Numbered from the stretch's first letter, positions 50,856 to 63,709 are shown. The stretch is 64,000 nt of DNA from an uncultured Gammaproteobacteria bacterium (GCA_963748215.1 CAVVHS010000008.1:32001-96000); one strand, 5' to 3'. A program made the numbers and translations. Notes: a model not told the origin generated them from the sequence alone.

Positions 50856-51095
50856 GGGAACCGGGTTGGGTCGATGGTTGCAGTCTAGAATCCGACCCGG
50901 GAACGGCAACTTCCAGTACTTTCCTGCCATCCCCAGGAATATCGGGAAAGACCGACCAGGGTCGTTCTTACTCGTTAAGCTCCTGATTATATAGGCAGTG
51001 GCTAAAGGTCGTAGTTGGGTCGACTCCTGCCGGTAAGCGAAGTCTTATATAAGGGTTTTATGCAGTACCGTGATTGGTGCAAAAACGGGCCGGAT
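50856..51095 (+). repeat. Array of degenerate hairpin units
   Basis: GGGTCG cores near 50868, 50959, 51017; CAGTAC-core unit near 50901. Confidence 0.6.
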
Positions 51096-51142
51096 ATATT
51101 TTGCATACGGGCATCCTGCAGCATGGCGCCGCACCCCTCCGC

Positions 51143-52147
51143 CTACGAACACGACAACATCCGGTGCAGTACGGCCATTTGCACCAGCATCCGGTTACGA
51201 GCCTCTGCGATAACCACACTGCGCTGCCCGTCGATCACGTCATCCGTAACGGTGACGCCGCGGCGCGCCGGCAGGCAGTGCATAAAACGGCAGTCGCCGG
51301 CGGCATTCCCGAACCAGGTTTCGTCCACACACCATTTACGCAGATCGAGCTTGAACTCTTCTTCTGTGCGTTTGTTACCGTAGTGGCGCGCGGATGCCCA
51401 GGAACTTGCATAGATAATCCGGCTGCCCTGCATCGCATGGGATCGATCATCTGTCTCCGTCACCGATCCACCACCGATTGCAGCCGCACTGCGTGCCTTG
51501 TCCATGATGGCGTCCGGCAACCCGAATCCCTCCGGTCTCAATACCGTGACATCCATTCCTCGCAAGGCAGCCATATGCAGCGTTGCCGCGGGTACCGACA
51601 ATGGCAATGCTTGCGGGTGCCAGGTCCAGGCCAGCACGAACTTGCCGTTATTGGCAGGCACGCCCAGATCGTCCATGGTTTTCCAGTCGGCAAGACTCTG
51701 GCACGGGTGATTGATTGCCGACTCCATGTTGATGTACGGCACTTCGACCAGAGAGGTCAATTCACGGAATTCGCGATCAGCAAGGTCATCATCGAGATTT
51801 TCTCTTCGCGCAAACGCGCGAATGCCTATGGCATCACTGTAAGATGCAATCACAGGAACCGCCTCCCGGATATGCTCGGCCGCAGCGCCGTCCATAACGA
51901 TACCCGACCGCGATTCTATGCCATGAATCGACATGTTCGGTGAAACGACAAAGGTGCCACCCCCCATTCGGGCCATCGCCGCCTGAAACGAAATCAGCGT
52001 CCGCAACGAGGGGCTCAGGAAAAGCAGCGACAGCACCTTGCCCTCCAGCGACCGCGGTTCCGGATTTTCATGAAGCCTGCCAGCCAGCGTCAGCAGTTCG
52101 TTTATTTCAGCAACACTGAAATCCGCCAGGTCATTAAAGCATTCCAT
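51143..52147 (-). CDS. N-acetyl(or succinyl)ornithine carbamoyltransferase, ArgF' type
   Basis: FLSPSLRT, EHIREA, MESAINHPCQ, WTWHPQALP, HCLPARRG, EARNR. Confidence 0.88.
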   Translation of the reverse strand: MECFNDLADFSVAEINELLTLAGRLHENPEPRSLEGKVLSLLFLSPSLRTLISFQAAMARMGGGTFVVSPNMSIHGIESRSGIVMDGAAAEHIREAVPVIASYSDAIGIRAFARRENLDDDLADREFRELTSLVEVPYINMESAINHPCQSLADWKTMDDLGVPANNGKFVLAWTWHPQALPLSVPAATLHMAALRGMDVTVLRPEGFGLPDAIMDKARSAAAIGGGSVTETDDRSHAMQGSRIIYASSWASARHYGNKRTEEEFKLDLRKWCVDETWFGNAAGDCRFMHCLPARRGVTVTDDVIDGQRSVVIAEARNRMLVQMAVLHRMLSCS

Positions 52148-52304
52148 GTTGAATTGATTTCCTCTTCAGCCTGTTGGCAGGCTGCTGTCTACAGGAGAGT
52201 CCGGGCACATTCTGGTATCGAGGTAATCCGGCCCGGAATGGTAAAAATGTATCAGCCTCTTTTTCCGACTGGTCGCAGTTTTTTTGCGGCCTGGCGCGAG
52301 ATAG

Positions 52305-52760
52305 TTATTCCGCTTCCCCGCCCTCCGCAGGAACCACATCGATGATCTCCACGTCGAAAGTGATCACGTGCCCCGCCAGCGGGTGATTGAAATCCACTTC
52401 GACGGAATCCGCATCCAGGGACAGCACCGCGCCGCCGACCTCGTCGCCTTCCGGGGTTTCGAAGCCGACGATCACGCCCGGCTCGATGTGCATGTCCGCG
52501 GGGAACACCGAACGCGGCAGGCGGTGGATGTGGGCCGGGTCGCGCCGGCCGAAGGTCTGCTCCGGTGTCAGCTCGATGCGCTGCGTGTCGCCCGGATACA
52601 GGCCGTACAGGGCCAGCTCCAGGCCGTGCGCCAGCACGCCCTCGCCCATGGTGAAAGTGAACGGCTCGCCGTCGCCGGTGGACTCCGCAACCGTGCCGTC
52701 TTCCAGCGTCAGTGACAGGTGCAGGGTGACCGTGCTGCCCGGACTGACGTTATATCTCAT
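52305..52760 (-). CDS. fkpB: FKBP-type PPIase SlpA/FkpB
   Basis: VTLHLSLTLEDGTVAEST, VDFNHPLAG; directly after lspA. Confidence 0.9.
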   Translation of the reverse strand: MRYNVSPGSTVTLHLSLTLEDGTVAESTGDGEPFTFTMGEGVLAHGLELALYGLYPGDTQRIELTPEQTFGRRDPAHIHRLPRSVFPADMHIEPGVIVGFETPEGDEVGGAVLSLDADSVEVDFNHPLAGHVITFDVEIIDVVPAEGGEAE

Positions 52761-53230
52761 GCCCCGGTAGACGCGTGGCGGTGACTGAACAGCGCATCCA
52801 GCACCAGCAGCGCGGCGCCGATGCTGATGGCCGAATCGGCGATGTTGAACGTCGGCCAGTGCCAGGTCTTGTAATAGACGTCGATGAAGTCGATGACATG
52901 GCCATACAGGAGACGATCGATCAGGTTGCCGATGGCGCCACCCAGGATCAGTGTCAGCGCCAGCGCCGTGCGCCACTCGCGTGCATGCAGACGCCGCAGC
53001 CAGACCAGCAACACGCCGCACACCACTACCGCCAGACCGCTGAAGAACCAGCGTTGCCAGCCCGATGCGTCGCCGAGAAAGCTGAATGCCGCGCCCGTGT
53101 TGTAGGCCTTGGTCAGGGCCAGCGACGGCAGCAGCTCGATGGGGTCATACAATGCCATGCTGCTGTCGGCCAGCAGCTTGGTGCCCTGGTCCAGCAGCAA
53201 TACCACGACGGTAATCCATAACCATTTCAC
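52757..53230 (-). CDS. lspA: Lipoprotein signal peptidase II
   Basis: LDQGTK, NTGAAFSFL, GAIGNLIDR, VIDF, FNIADSAI. Confidence 0.96.
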   Translation of the reverse strand: MKWLWITVVVLLLDQGTKLLADSSMALYDPIELLPSLALTKAYNTGAAFSFLGDASGWQRWFFSGLAVVVCGVLLVWLRRLHAREWRTALALTLILGGAIGNLIDRLLYGHVIDFIDVYYKTWHWPTFNIADSAISIGAALLVLDALFSHRHASTGA

Positions 53231-53249
53231 TGTCGTATGCTCCCGCCGC

Positions 53250-56098
53250 TCAGGCAAAACGGCGCTGTTCGCCGTCGCCGTCGATGTTCTCGACACAGCG
53301 CCCGCACAGCTCCGGGTGTTTTGCGTGCGTGCCGACGTCCTCGCGATGGTGCCAGCAACGTACGCACTTGGCGTGTTGCGACGGCGTGACGCGGATGCGG
53401 AAGTTCAGCCCGGCTACCTGCGCCGTGACGGCGGACTCCGGCGCCTCCTCCAGTGCGTGCACGCGTGCATAGGAGGTGATCAGCACGAAACGCAGTTCGT
53501 CGCCGATCGCGCCCAGCAGTGCGCGCGTCGGCTCGTTGGCATACAGGTCAACCTCGGCATCCAGCGACGAACCGATGTCGCCCGCCACGCGCAGTTTTTC
53601 CTGTTCCTTGCTGATGGTGTCGCGCGCGGCGATGATGCGTTCCCAGAAATCCATGCCCATGCGCCGCAGGATCTCGCCCTCGGGATAGAACGCCGGCGGC
53701 AATTCGTACCAGGTGGACAGGAACACGGACTCCGCACGCTTGCCCGGCAGGTGCTGCCAGATTTCCTCGGCGGTGAAACTCAGGATCGGCGCCAGCCAGC
53801 GCACCAGCGCCTCGGCCACGTGATACAGGGCGGTCTGCGCCGAGCGGCGCGGTATGCTGTCGCCCGGCGTGGTGTACTGGCGGTCCTTGATGATATCGAG
53901 ATAGAAGCTGCCCATGTCGATCGCACAGAAGTTGTGCACCAGCTGGTAGATGCGGTGGAACTCGTAGTTCTCGTAGGCCTGCCGCACCTGCTCCTGCAGC
54001 TTGCGCGTGCGCTCGATGGCCCAGCGGTCGAGGCACAGCATCTGCTCGGGATCGAGCAGGTGCTGCTGCCGGGTCGAAGCCGTTCAGGTTGGCCAGCAGG
54101 AAGCGCGAGGTGTTGCGCAGGCGCCGGTAGGCATCGGCGGTGCGCTTGAGTATCTCGTCCGAGACTGTCATCTCGCCGCGATAGTCGGTGGCCGCGACCC
54201 ACAGGCGCAGGATATCGGCACCGAGCGAGTTCATGACCTTCTGCGGCGCCACCACGTTGCCGCGTGACTTGGACATTTTCTGGCCCTTCGCATCCACGGT
54301 GAAGCCGTGCGTCAGCACGGTGCGATAGGGGGCGCTGCCGCGCATGGCGATCGAGGTCAGCAGGGAGGACTGGAACCAGCCGCGGTGCTGGTCGGAACCT
54401 TCCAGGTAGAGATCGGCCGGCACCGCCAGCTCCGCGCGCCGTTCCAGCACGGCGAAATGGGTGACGCCGGAATCGAACCAGACGTCCAGCGTATCGCTGA
54501 CCTTGTCGTAGTCTGCGGCGTCATCCCCGAGCAGGTCGGCCGGCTCCAGTTCGAACCAGGCATCGATGCCGGCCTGCTCGACGCGCTGCGCCACCCGCTC
54601 GATGAGACGCGCCGTATCCGGGTGCAGTTCACCGCTCTGCTTGTGCACGAACAGGGTGATCGGCACGCCCCAGGTGCGTTGCCGCGAGATGCACCAGTCC
54701 GGCCGGCCCGCGACCATGCCCTCGATGCGCGCCTTGCCCCAGTCCGGCAACCAGCGCACCTGGTCGATGGCCGCAAGCGCCGTCTCGCGCAGGCCGCCCT
54801 GCTCCATGCTGATGAACCACTGCGGGGTGGCACGGAAGATGATCGGCGTCTTGTGACGCCAGCAATGCGGGTAGCTGTGGCGCAGTATTTCCTCGTGCAG
54901 CAGCGCGCCCTTGCTCTTCAGCACCTCGATGACATGCGCATTGGCGGCGAACACGTGCTCGCCGGCGAACAGCTCGGTATCCGGCAGGAAACAGCCGTTG
55001 CCGCCGACCGGGTTGTCCACCTCGAGCCGGTAGCGGCTGCCGACCACGTAGTCGTCCTGGCCGTGTCCGGGCGCCGTGTGCACCGCGCCGGTACCGGCCT
55101 CGGTGGTCACATGATCGCCGAGGATGACCGGCACCTCGCGTGCGTAGAACGGATGCGCCAGGCTCAGGCCTTCCAGGTCGCTGCCCTTGCCGTACGCCAC
55201 CACCTGGTAGTGCTCGGCGCCGTAACGCAGCATGGCATCCTTGAGCAGGGCCTCGGCGATGACCAGTCGTTCCTTGCCCTTGCCGGTGTCGCACTGCACC
55301 ACGGCATAGTCGAGCTCCGGGTTCAGCGCCACGGCCAGGTTGGCCGGCAGCGTCCAGGGCGTGGTGGTCCAGATCACGACCGAGACCGGTCCTTCACCGG
55401 CGTGACCGTCGACATGATGACAGGCGGCCATCAGCCCGGCCTCGTTCAGCACGCGGAAGCGCACGTCGATGGCGGGTGAATCCTTGTCCTCGTATTCCAC
55501 CTCGGCCTCGGCCAGCGCCGACTGGCAGTCGGTGCACCAGTGCACCGGCTTGAAACCCTTGTGCAGGTGGCCGTTGTCGATGATCCGGCCCAGCGCGCGA
55601 ATGATGTCCGCCTCGAACCGGTAGTCCATGGTGAGGTAGGGATTGTTCCAGTCACCGAACACGCCGAGACGGATGAAATCCTTGCGCTGTCCGTCCACCT
55701 GCTTGCCGGCGTAGTCGCGGCAGGCCTTGCGGAAGGTGGACGCATCGACCTTCGCGCCGGCCTTGCCGACCTTCTTCTCGACGTTCAGTTCGATCGGCAG
55801 ACCGTGACAGTCCCAGCCCGGCACGTAGGGGGCATCGAAGCCGCTCCAGCGTCCGGCTCTTGACGATGATGTCCTTGAGCACCTTGTTGACCGCATGACC
55901 GATATGAATCTCGCCGTTGGCATAGGGCGGCCCGTCGTGCAGGATGAATTTCGGCCGGCCGTTTGCCGCGGCGCGCAGCTTGCCGTAGAGATCCATGGCT
56001 TCCCAGCGTTTGAGAAGCTCCGGCTCGCGGCTCGGCAGGTTGCCCTTCATGGGAAAGGCCGTGCTGGGAAGGTTGAGCGTATTCTTGTAATCAGGCAT
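53250..56098 (-). pseudogene. ileS: Isoleucine-tRNA ligase, two +1 frameshifts (~55846, ~54063) as sequenced; probably intact in vivo
   Basis: [52 protein letters not shown] across three frames. Confidence 0.95.
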
Positions 56099-56243
56099 CA
56101 CACACACCGCAGGGACGCACCAGGCGCCGAGTTATAAACCATTAATAATCCGTTGCATACCGTTTTCCGGCCAGTCGGCCGTGATTCTACCAAAACTCCC
56201 CGCCGCGGGGCCGCGCACGCATGGCATGCCCCGAAAGCCGTGC

Positions 56244-57176
56244 TCAGTCGCGGAAAAACGCCCGCGCCTGGCCGGCATCGACGAGGATCTGCTCGCGCAG
56301 GGCATCGAAGGAGTCGAAGCGCCGCTCCTCGCGCAGTTTTTTCAGGAAACTGACCTCCACGTATTTGCCGTAAATGTCTGCCTCGAAGTCGAACAGGTGC
56401 ACCTCCAGCAGCGAACGGGTGCCGTCGACCGTGGGCCGGCTGCCGACATTGGCCACCCCCTGCACCGGCGTGTCCGCTAGACCCTCGACCTCCACGGCAA
56501 ACACGCCGGCCACCGGCGAACTGGCGCGGTGCAGGAAGATATTGGCCGTCGGAAAGCCGATGGTGCGGCCGCGCTTGTCGCCGTGCGCGACGCGCCCGCT
56601 CATGGCATAGGGCCGCCCGAGCAGCAGCGATGCCGTCAACAGGTCACCGTGCGCCAGCGCCTCGCGCACGCGCGTGCTGCTGACCCGGTCATCGCCAACC
56701 CGAAAGGTACGCATGCTGGCCACTTCGAAGCCGTACTGCGCGCCGGCGTCGCGCAGGGTGGCGAAGGTTCCGGCGCGGTGTTTACCGAAACGGAAGTCAT
56801 CACCGACCACCAGGTAGCGCACACCCATGCCGTCGACCAGGATTTCGCGGATGAACACCTCGGGTGCGAGCCCCGCCAGCCGGCGGTCGAAACGCAGGCA
56901 CACCACGCGCTCGATACCGTAGCGCTGCAGCGCCTGCACTTTTTCCCGCAGCCGGGTCAGGCGCGGCGGTGCCTCCTGCGGCGTGAAGAATTCACGCGGC
57001 AGCGGCTCGAAGGTGATCAGTGCGGCCGGCAGCTGCAGGCGCCCGGCCTGCTCCCGCAACTGCCCGAGCACCGCCTGGTGACCGCGGTGCATGCCATCGA
57101 AGTTGCCGATGGTGGCGACACAGCCGCGATGTGCGGGTCGCAGGTTGTACAGGCCGCGGATGAATTCCAGAGCCAT
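56244..57176 (-). CDS. ribF: Riboflavin kinase/FAD synthetase
   Basis: TIGNFDGMHRGH, VGDDFRFG, VSSTRVR, GFPTAN. Confidence 0.97.
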   Translation of the reverse strand: MALEFIRGLYNLRPAHRGCVATIGNFDGMHRGHQAVLGQLREQAGRLQLPAALITFEPLPREFFTPQEAPPRLTRLREKVQALQRYGIERVVCLRFDRRLAGLAPEVFIREILVDGMGVRYLVVGDDFRFGKHRAGTFATLRDAGAQYGFEVASMRTFRVGDDRVSSTRVREALAHGDLLTASLLLGRPYAMSGRVAHGDKRGRTIGFPTANIFLHRASSPVAGVFAVEVEGLADTPVQGVANVGSRPTVDGTRSLLEVHLFDFEADIYGKYVEVSFLKKLREERRFDSFDALREQILVDAGQARAFFRD

Positions 57177-57181
57177 CGCCG

Positions 57182-58756
57182 CTAGCCGCCATGCTGCCCG
57201 TAGTGCCAGAGGCCCGCCAGCCGCACACCGGCAACACGCAGCGCCAGCAGGTAAGCTGCCGCGCCGGCCAGCACCCAGAACAACAGGCGCCAGACGCGCT
57301 CACCGGCATGCCACTGCAACCAGGCATCGATCGACGGCACGCCCCACAGCAGCAGCGCGGTCAACGCACTGCCGGCCAGCGCCAGTTGCAGCAGCAGGCG
57401 CGGCCAGCCGGCCTGCGGCGTGAATACCTGCTGCTTGCCGAGTGTCCGGTACAGCAGGCCGGCGTTGAGCCAGGCCGCCAGTGAAGTTGCCAGCGCCAGT
57501 CCGGCATGGGGGCCGGGGATACCCAGCATGACCATGGGCACGACCAGCGTGATGTTGAGCAGCATGTTGGTAAACATCGCGATTACGGCGATCCGCACCG
57601 GCGTGCGTACGTCCTTGCGTGAATAATAGGCCGGTGCGAGCACCTTGATCAGCATGAACCCCGGCAGGCCGAAGGCGAAGGCCATGAGGCTAAGGCCGGA
57701 CATGGCGACATCCGTGGCGCCGAAATCCCCGTAGTAGAACAGGGTCGCGAGCATCGGCCGCGCCAGCAGCATCAGGCCGATGGTGGCAGGCACACCGATC
57801 AGCAGCACCACGCGCAGGGCCCAGTCCAGTGTGCGCGAGAACTCCTTGCTCGAACCGTTGGCGTGGCTGCGCGACAGACTGGGCAGGATCACGGTCGAGA
57901 GCGCGATGGCGAACACGCCGAGCGGGAATTCGACCAGCCGGTCGGAGTAGTACAGCCAGCTGACGCTGCCGGCCACGAGGAACGAGGCAATCAGGGTGTC
58001 CAGCAACAGGTTGATCTGCGCCACCGAGGAACCGAAGATGCCTGGCAGCATCAGTTTCATGATGCGACGCACCCCCTCGTCACGCATGCCCCAGCGCGGC
58101 CGGGGCAGGATGCCGATGCGCTTGAGCGAGGGCAGCAGAAACAGGACCTGCAGTACGCCGGCGACGAACACGCCGACGGCCAGCGCGAACACGGGCTGCT
58201 CGAGGCGCGGTGAAACCAGCAACGCCGCCACGATGAGCACCACGTTCAGCCAGACCGGCACGAACGATGCCGCCGCGAATTTGCCGTAGGTATTCAGGAT
58301 GCCCGCGATGAAGGCCACCAGCGAGACAAACAGCAGGTAGGGAAAGGTGATACTCAGCAGTTGCGCAGCAAGCTCGAACTGCGCGGGATCGCGGTGCAGA
58401 AAGCCGGGCGCGAATATCATCACCAGCACCGGGCTGCCGAGCACGCCCAGCACGGTCAGCACTGACAGGATGCCCAGCAGGGTACCGGCCACGCGGTTGA
58501 CCAGAGCCTGCACCGTCGCCGCCGGCTGCTGCTCGCGGTATTCGGAAATGATCGGCACGAAGGCCTGCGAAAAGGCACCCTCCGCGAACAGCCGGCGCAG
58601 GAAGTTGGGGATCTTGAAGGCGACGAAGAACGCGTCCATGGCCGCGTCGGCGCCGAACAGGCGCGCGAGTACCATATCGCGCACCAGCCCGAGCACCCGC
58701 GAGACCAGCGTCATCGCGCCAACAATTGCAGTGCTTTTCAGTAACTTGCTGCTCAT
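57182..58756 (-). CDS. murJ: Lipid II flippase
   Basis: [40 protein letters not shown]. Confidence 0.97.
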   Translation of the reverse strand: MSSKLLKSTAIVGAMTLVSRVLGLVRDMVLARLFGADAAMDAFFVAFKIPNFLRRLFAEGAFSQAFVPIISEYREQQPAATVQALVNRVAGTLLGILSVLTVLGVLGSPVLVMIFAPGFLHRDPAQFELAAQLLSITFPYLLFVSLVAFIAGILNTYGKFAAASFVPVWLNVVLIVAALLVSPRLEQPVFALAVGVFVAGVLQVLFLLPSLKRIGILPRPRWGMRDEGVRRIMKLMLPGIFGSSVAQINLLLDTLIASFLVAGSVSWLYYSDRLVEFPLGVFAIALSTVILPSLSRSHANGSSKEFSRTLDWALRVVLLIGVPATIGLMLLARPMLATLFYYGDFGATDVAMSGLSLMAFAFGLPGFMLIKVLAPAYYSRKDVRTPVRIAVIAMFTNMLLNITLVVPMVMLGIPGPHAGLALATSLAAWLNAGLLYRTLGKQQVFTPQAGWPRLLLQLALAGSALTALLLWGVPSIDAWLQWHAGERVWRLLFWVLAGAAAYLLALRVAGVRLAGLWHYGQHGG

Positions 58757-58926
58757 CTGTCAACCTGGCCAGGCCGGTGCGGAGGCGCCCGCGCAATGCC
58801 GAAACAGCCGTGCAGTATACTTGAAAAACAACGACTTACCACCCCTTGAATCGCCCGCCACGGACACCGCGGGCGCGCCCGGTTGCCGGCCCCACCCGAA
58901 AGACGCCGCTGCAGCAGCTGCCCGAA

Positions 58927-58955
58927 TTGACAAATACGAGCCGAATCCGCATAGT
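58927..58955 (+). promoter_or_regulatory. Sigma70 promoter of rpsT
   Basis: TTGACA-17bp-CATAGT upstream of AGGAG RBS. Confidence 0.7.
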
Positions 58956-58994
58956 ACGCGGCTTTCCAGTGACCCGATTTGCAGGAGCAGTCCC

Positions 58995-59255
58995 TTGGCA
59001 AACTCACCACAAGCCATCAAGCGCGCCCGCCAGACCGAAAAGAACCGCCAGCTCAATGCCAGCCAGCGTTCGCGCATGCGTACCTCGATCAAGAAAGTGC
59101 TCGCCGCTATCAAGGCCGGCGATCGCGATGCCGCCTCGCAGGCCTACACTGCCGCCGTGCCGGTCATCGACACCGCCGCAGGCAAGGGCCTGATCCATAC
59201 CAACAAGGCCGCCCGCCACAAGAGCCGTCTGAACCAGCAGATTCGCGCGCTCTGA
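58995..59255 (+). CDS. rpsT: 30S ribosomal protein S20
   Basis: TTG start, [12 protein letters not shown]...[16 protein letters not shown]. Confidence 0.97.
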   Translation: MANSPQAIKRARQTEKNRQLNASQRSRMRTSIKKVLAAIKAGDRDAASQAYTAAVPVIDTAAGKGLIHTNKAARHKSRLNQQIRAL

Positions 59256-59275
59256 CCACGGCTATCACGCCTCGC

Positions 59276-59305
59276 AAAAAAGCCGGTCAGTGACCGGCTT
59301 TTTTT
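59276..59305. terminator. Bidirectional intrinsic terminator (rpsT/proB)
   Basis: A-tract, GCCGGTCA-G-TGACCGGC, T-tract. Confidence 0.9.
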
Positions 59306-59364
59306 ATGTGCTTGACCCGCCTGTCGCAGCAGTTGGCTGCCAGCTGCATTGATCCGGATACCGG

Positions 59365-60492
59365 TTAACCGGTCAGCACCAGGTTGTCGCGGTGTATCAG
59401 TTCCGGCTCGTCCACGTAGCCCAGCAGTTCCTCGATACGGCTGCTCGGCTTGCCTATGATCCGCCGCGCGTCGACCGCGCTGTAGTTCACCAGGCCGCGC
59501 GCGATTTCCCGTTCATCATCGCCGATGCAGGCTACCAGGTCGCCGCGCTCGAACTCGCCATCAATGCGCACCACACCGACCGGCAACAGGCTGCGGCCTG
59601 CGCCGCACAGCACCTGCGTCGCGCCGGCATCGAGTTGCAGGCGGCCGCGTACCTGCAACTGCCCCGCCAGCCAGCGCTTGCGCGCCGCCAGTGGCGCGCT
59701 GGACGGATACAGGCGGGTACCGAGCGACTCGCCAGCCGCGATGCGTTGCAGGATGTTCGACTCGCGGCCCGGCGCGATCAGGGTCATGGCACCGGATCGT
59801 GCGGCACGGCGCGCGGCCCGGAGCTTGGTCTGCATGCCCCCGCGGCCCAGCGTCCCGCCACTGGCCGATGCCATGGTATCCAGCCCGGCATCCTCCGCAT
59901 CGGCCTCGGCGATCAGCCGTGCGTCCGGGTTCTTGCGCGGGTCTCCATCGTACATGCCGCCCTGGTCGGTCAGCAGGATCAGCAGGTCCGCCTCGATCAG
60001 GTTCGCGACCAGCGCCGCCAGCGTATCGTTGTCACCGAAGCGGATCTCCTCCGTGGTCACCGTGTCGTTTTCGTTGACCACCGGGATGACACCGAGACCC
60101 AGCAGGGTGCGCAGGGTACTGCGCGCGTTCAGGTGCCGCTGCCGGTCCGCGAGATCCTCGTGCGTAAGCAGCACCTGGGCGGTATGCAGGCCGAATTTCT
60201 GGAAGCGCGATTCGTAGGCCTGGACCAGTCCCATCTGGCCGACGGCCGCCGCCGCCTGCAGCTCGTGCAGTGCGTGCGGGCGGCGCTTCCAGCCCAGGCG
60301 CGTCATGCCTTCCGCGACCGCGCCGGAAGACACCAGCAGGACTTCCCGGCCAGCCTGTCGCAGGCCGGCAATCTGCTCGACCCAGCCGCTGATCGCATCG
60401 ACCGCCAGCCCCTGGCCGTCGTTGGTCAGCAGGGAACTGCCGATCTTGACGACCCAGCGCCGGCACGAAGCGGGATTGCGTTTCTCGGACAT
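59365..60492 (-). CDS. proB: Glutamate 5-kinase
   Basis: VVKIGSS, VSSGAV, NENDTV, FGDND, PUA domain. Confidence 0.97.
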   Translation of the reverse strand: MSEKRNPASCRRWVVKIGSSLLTNDGQGLAVDAISGWVEQIAGLRQAGREVLLVSSGAVAEGMTRLGWKRRPHALHELQAAAAVGQMGLVQAYESRFQKFGLHTAQVLLTHEDLADRQRHLNARSTLRTLLGLGVIPVVNENDTVTTEEIRFGDNDTLAALVANLIEADLLILLTDQGGMYDGDPRKNPDARLIAEADAEDAGLDTMASASGGTLGRGGMQTKLRAARRAARSGAMTLIAPGRESNILQRIAAGESLGTRLYPSSAPLAARKRWLAGQLQVRGRLQLDAGATQVLCGAGRSLLPVGVVRIDGEFERGDLVACIGDDEREIARGLVNYSAVDARRIIGKPSSRIEELLGYVDEPELIHRDNLVLTG

Positions 60493-60583
60493 AGACTCGC
60501 CGCACCTGTGTACAGTGGATCAAACGCGATAGTGTTATGTTTTCAGCATTCGCACAAGTTCGTGCAGCGACCGGCCAGGCGCA

Positions 60584-61657
<1,074 letters not shown>

Positions 61658-61812
61658 TCACCATGGCTATATGATACTCCGCATCGCCGTGCACGGGAGG
61701 CGGTACCGTGCCGGAGCGGGCGCAGGAAAAGCGGGGCGGCTGAATTCGCCTTCAAGCCAGTCAAACACTGTCCGTTCCCTCCCCCGCACGCCGAACTGCC
61801 TTCATGACAAGC

Positions 61813-61838
61813 AAAAAGCCCCGCACGGGGCGGGGCTT
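61813..61838 (-). terminator. Intrinsic terminator after rpmA
   Basis: GCCCCGC-CCCGT-GCGGGGC-TTTTT on the minus strand. Confidence 0.75.
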
Positions 61839-61860
61839 GAATGCTGCATGTCAGTACCGC

Positions 61861-62118
61861 TCAACCGGCATCGATCTCGATGAACTTGCGCTTCTTGGCG
61901 CCGCGCTGCACGAACCGTACGGTGCCGTCGCTGGTCGCGAACAGCGTATGGTCACGGCCGATCCCGACATTCTTGCCCGGATGGAAACGTGTACCGCGCT
62001 GTCGCACGAGGATATTGCCTGCCAGAACACTCTGGCCACCGAAGCGCTTGACGCCCAGACGTTTCGATTCCGAATCGCGGCCGTTTCGGGTACTGCCGCC
62101 TGCCTTTTTATGTGCCAT
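61861..62118 (-). CDS. rpmA: 50S ribosomal protein L27
   Basis: [16 protein letters not shown]. Confidence 0.98.
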   Translation of the reverse strand: MAHKKAGGSTRNGRDSESKRLGVKRFGGQSVLAGNILVRQRGTRFHPGKNVGIGRDHTLFATSDGTVRFVQRGAKKRKFIEIDAG

Positions 62119-62140
62119 TGCTAATGCCTCTCGCGGGAAA

Positions 62141-62452
62141 TCAGCCGGAAATACCGGTAATTTCGACCTCAGTGTAGTTCTGACGGTGTCCCATGCGTTT
62201 CATGTGATGCTTGCGGCGACGGAACTTGATGATCTCGACTTTCTTGCCGCGACCCTGCGACTTGATAGTGGCGGTGACCTTGCCGCCTGCGACAAAGGGG
62301 GTGCCGATTTTCACATCCGCGCCCTCGCCTACCATCAGTACCTGGTCGAACTCGATAGCGTCGCCGGCGCTGCCGTCCAGCGTTTCCAGCCGCAGCGTAT
62401 CACCCTGCGCCACCCGATACTGTTTACCGCCCGTCTTGATTACCGCATACAT
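62141..62452 (-). CDS. rplU: 50S ribosomal protein L21
   Basis: [14 protein letters not shown]...GHRQNYT. Confidence 0.98.
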   Translation of the reverse strand: MYAVIKTGGKQYRVAQGDTLRLETLDGSAGDAIEFDQVLMVGEGADVKIGTPFVAGGKVTATIKSQGRGKKVEIIKFRRRKHHMKRMGHRQNYTEVEITGISG

Positions 62453-62626
62453 TTCAGTAACTCCGGAACAAGAATACTGCATTAAAAAGGCCGCTCATTC
62501 TAATGACTGCGCCCCGGCAGGTCAATCAACTAGCATCTGGAACTGCCCGGCCAACAACGTTAGACTAGCCGTTCGACTTCAGCGCAGGCCGGGCGGGCGG
62601 CATGCCCGCATCAACCCCAGGAACAC

Positions 62627-63628
62627 ATGCTAAAATTAGTTAAAAAACAATCAAATGCATGCGATATCGCCGGCCTCAGGAGTGTCGTGACCGACGATCT
62701 GGAGCGGGTCAACGACCTTATCCGCGGCAGTCTCCACAGCGATGTGGCACTGATCAATCAGCTGTCGCACTATATTATCAACAGCGGCGGCAAGCGGCTG
62801 CGTCCCCTGCTGGTGCTGCTTTCCGCCAATGCCTGTGAATATACCGGCGACCAGCACATCAACCTGGCCGCCGTCATCGAATTCATCCATACGGCCACAT
62901 TATTGCATGATGACGTCGTGGATGCCTCCCAGTTGCGGCGCGGCAACATGACCGCAAATGCCCTCTGGGGCAACGAGGCCAGCGTCCTGGTGGGCGATTT
63001 CCTCTACTCCCGCGCCTTTGAAATGATGGTCGACGCGAATGACATGCGCATCATGGAAATCATGTCACATACGACCAACACCATTGCCGAAGGTGAGGTC
63101 CTGCAGTTGCTGAACTGCCGCGACGCGGACACCACCGAGCAGCGGTATATGGACGTTATCAGCCGCAAGACGGCTCGGCTGTTCGAGGCCGCCGCCCGCA
63201 TCGGCGCGGTACTGGGCCACCAGCCCGAGGACATGGAACAGGCACTGGCCGACTATGGCCTGCATCTGGGCATCGCTTTCCAGCTGATAGACGATGTACT
63301 CGATTACAGCGCCTCACCCGAGGATACCGGCAAAAACCTGGGCGACGACCTGGCCGAAGGCAAGCCGACCCTGCCGCTGATCCATGCCATTCACATGGGT
63401 ACCCCCAGCCAGACCAGGCTGATCCGCCGCGCCATCGAAAACGGCGGTCATGACAACATGCAGGCGGTGTGCGCAATTATTGAATCAACCGGTGCCATCC
63501 CCTACACTGCGCAGGCGGCGCAACGGGAAGCCGACCTTGCCATCGGGGCATTGACTGCCCTGCCGGAGTCAGCCTACAAGGACGCCCTGTACAGCCTCGC
63601 AGAATTCTCGGTCAACCGCAGGTACTAA
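62627..63628 (+). CDS. ispB: Octaprenyl-diphosphate synthase
   Basis: [36 protein letters not shown]; divergent from rplU. Confidence 0.95.
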   Translation: MLKLVKKQSNACDIAGLRSVVTDDLERVNDLIRGSLHSDVALINQLSHYIINSGGKRLRPLLVLLSANACEYTGDQHINLAAVIEFIHTATLLHDDVVDASQLRRGNMTANALWGNEASVLVGDFLYSRAFEMMVDANDMRIMEIMSHTTNTIAEGEVLQLLNCRDADTTEQRYMDVISRKTARLFEAAARIGAVLGHQPEDMEQALADYGLHLGIAFQLIDDVLDYSASPEDTGKNLGDDLAEGKPTLPLIHAIHMGTPSQTRLIRRAIENGGHDNMQAVCAIIESTGAIPYTAQAAQREADLAIGALTALPESAYKDALYSLAEFSVNRRY

Positions 63629-63632
63629 AAAG

Positions 63633-63709
<77 letters not shown>

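Larger units (their letters stand above)
39900..52300. mobile_element. Accessory island between fkpB and ispH (no integrase seen)
   Basis: Visibly lower GC, IS and MITE content, interrupts the usual lspA-fkpB-ispH order; boundaries approximate. Confidence 0.7.

Noticed and set aside
53250-56098. Programmed frameshifting in ileS
   Set aside because: No slippery sequence; the same one-base pattern appears in unrelated genes
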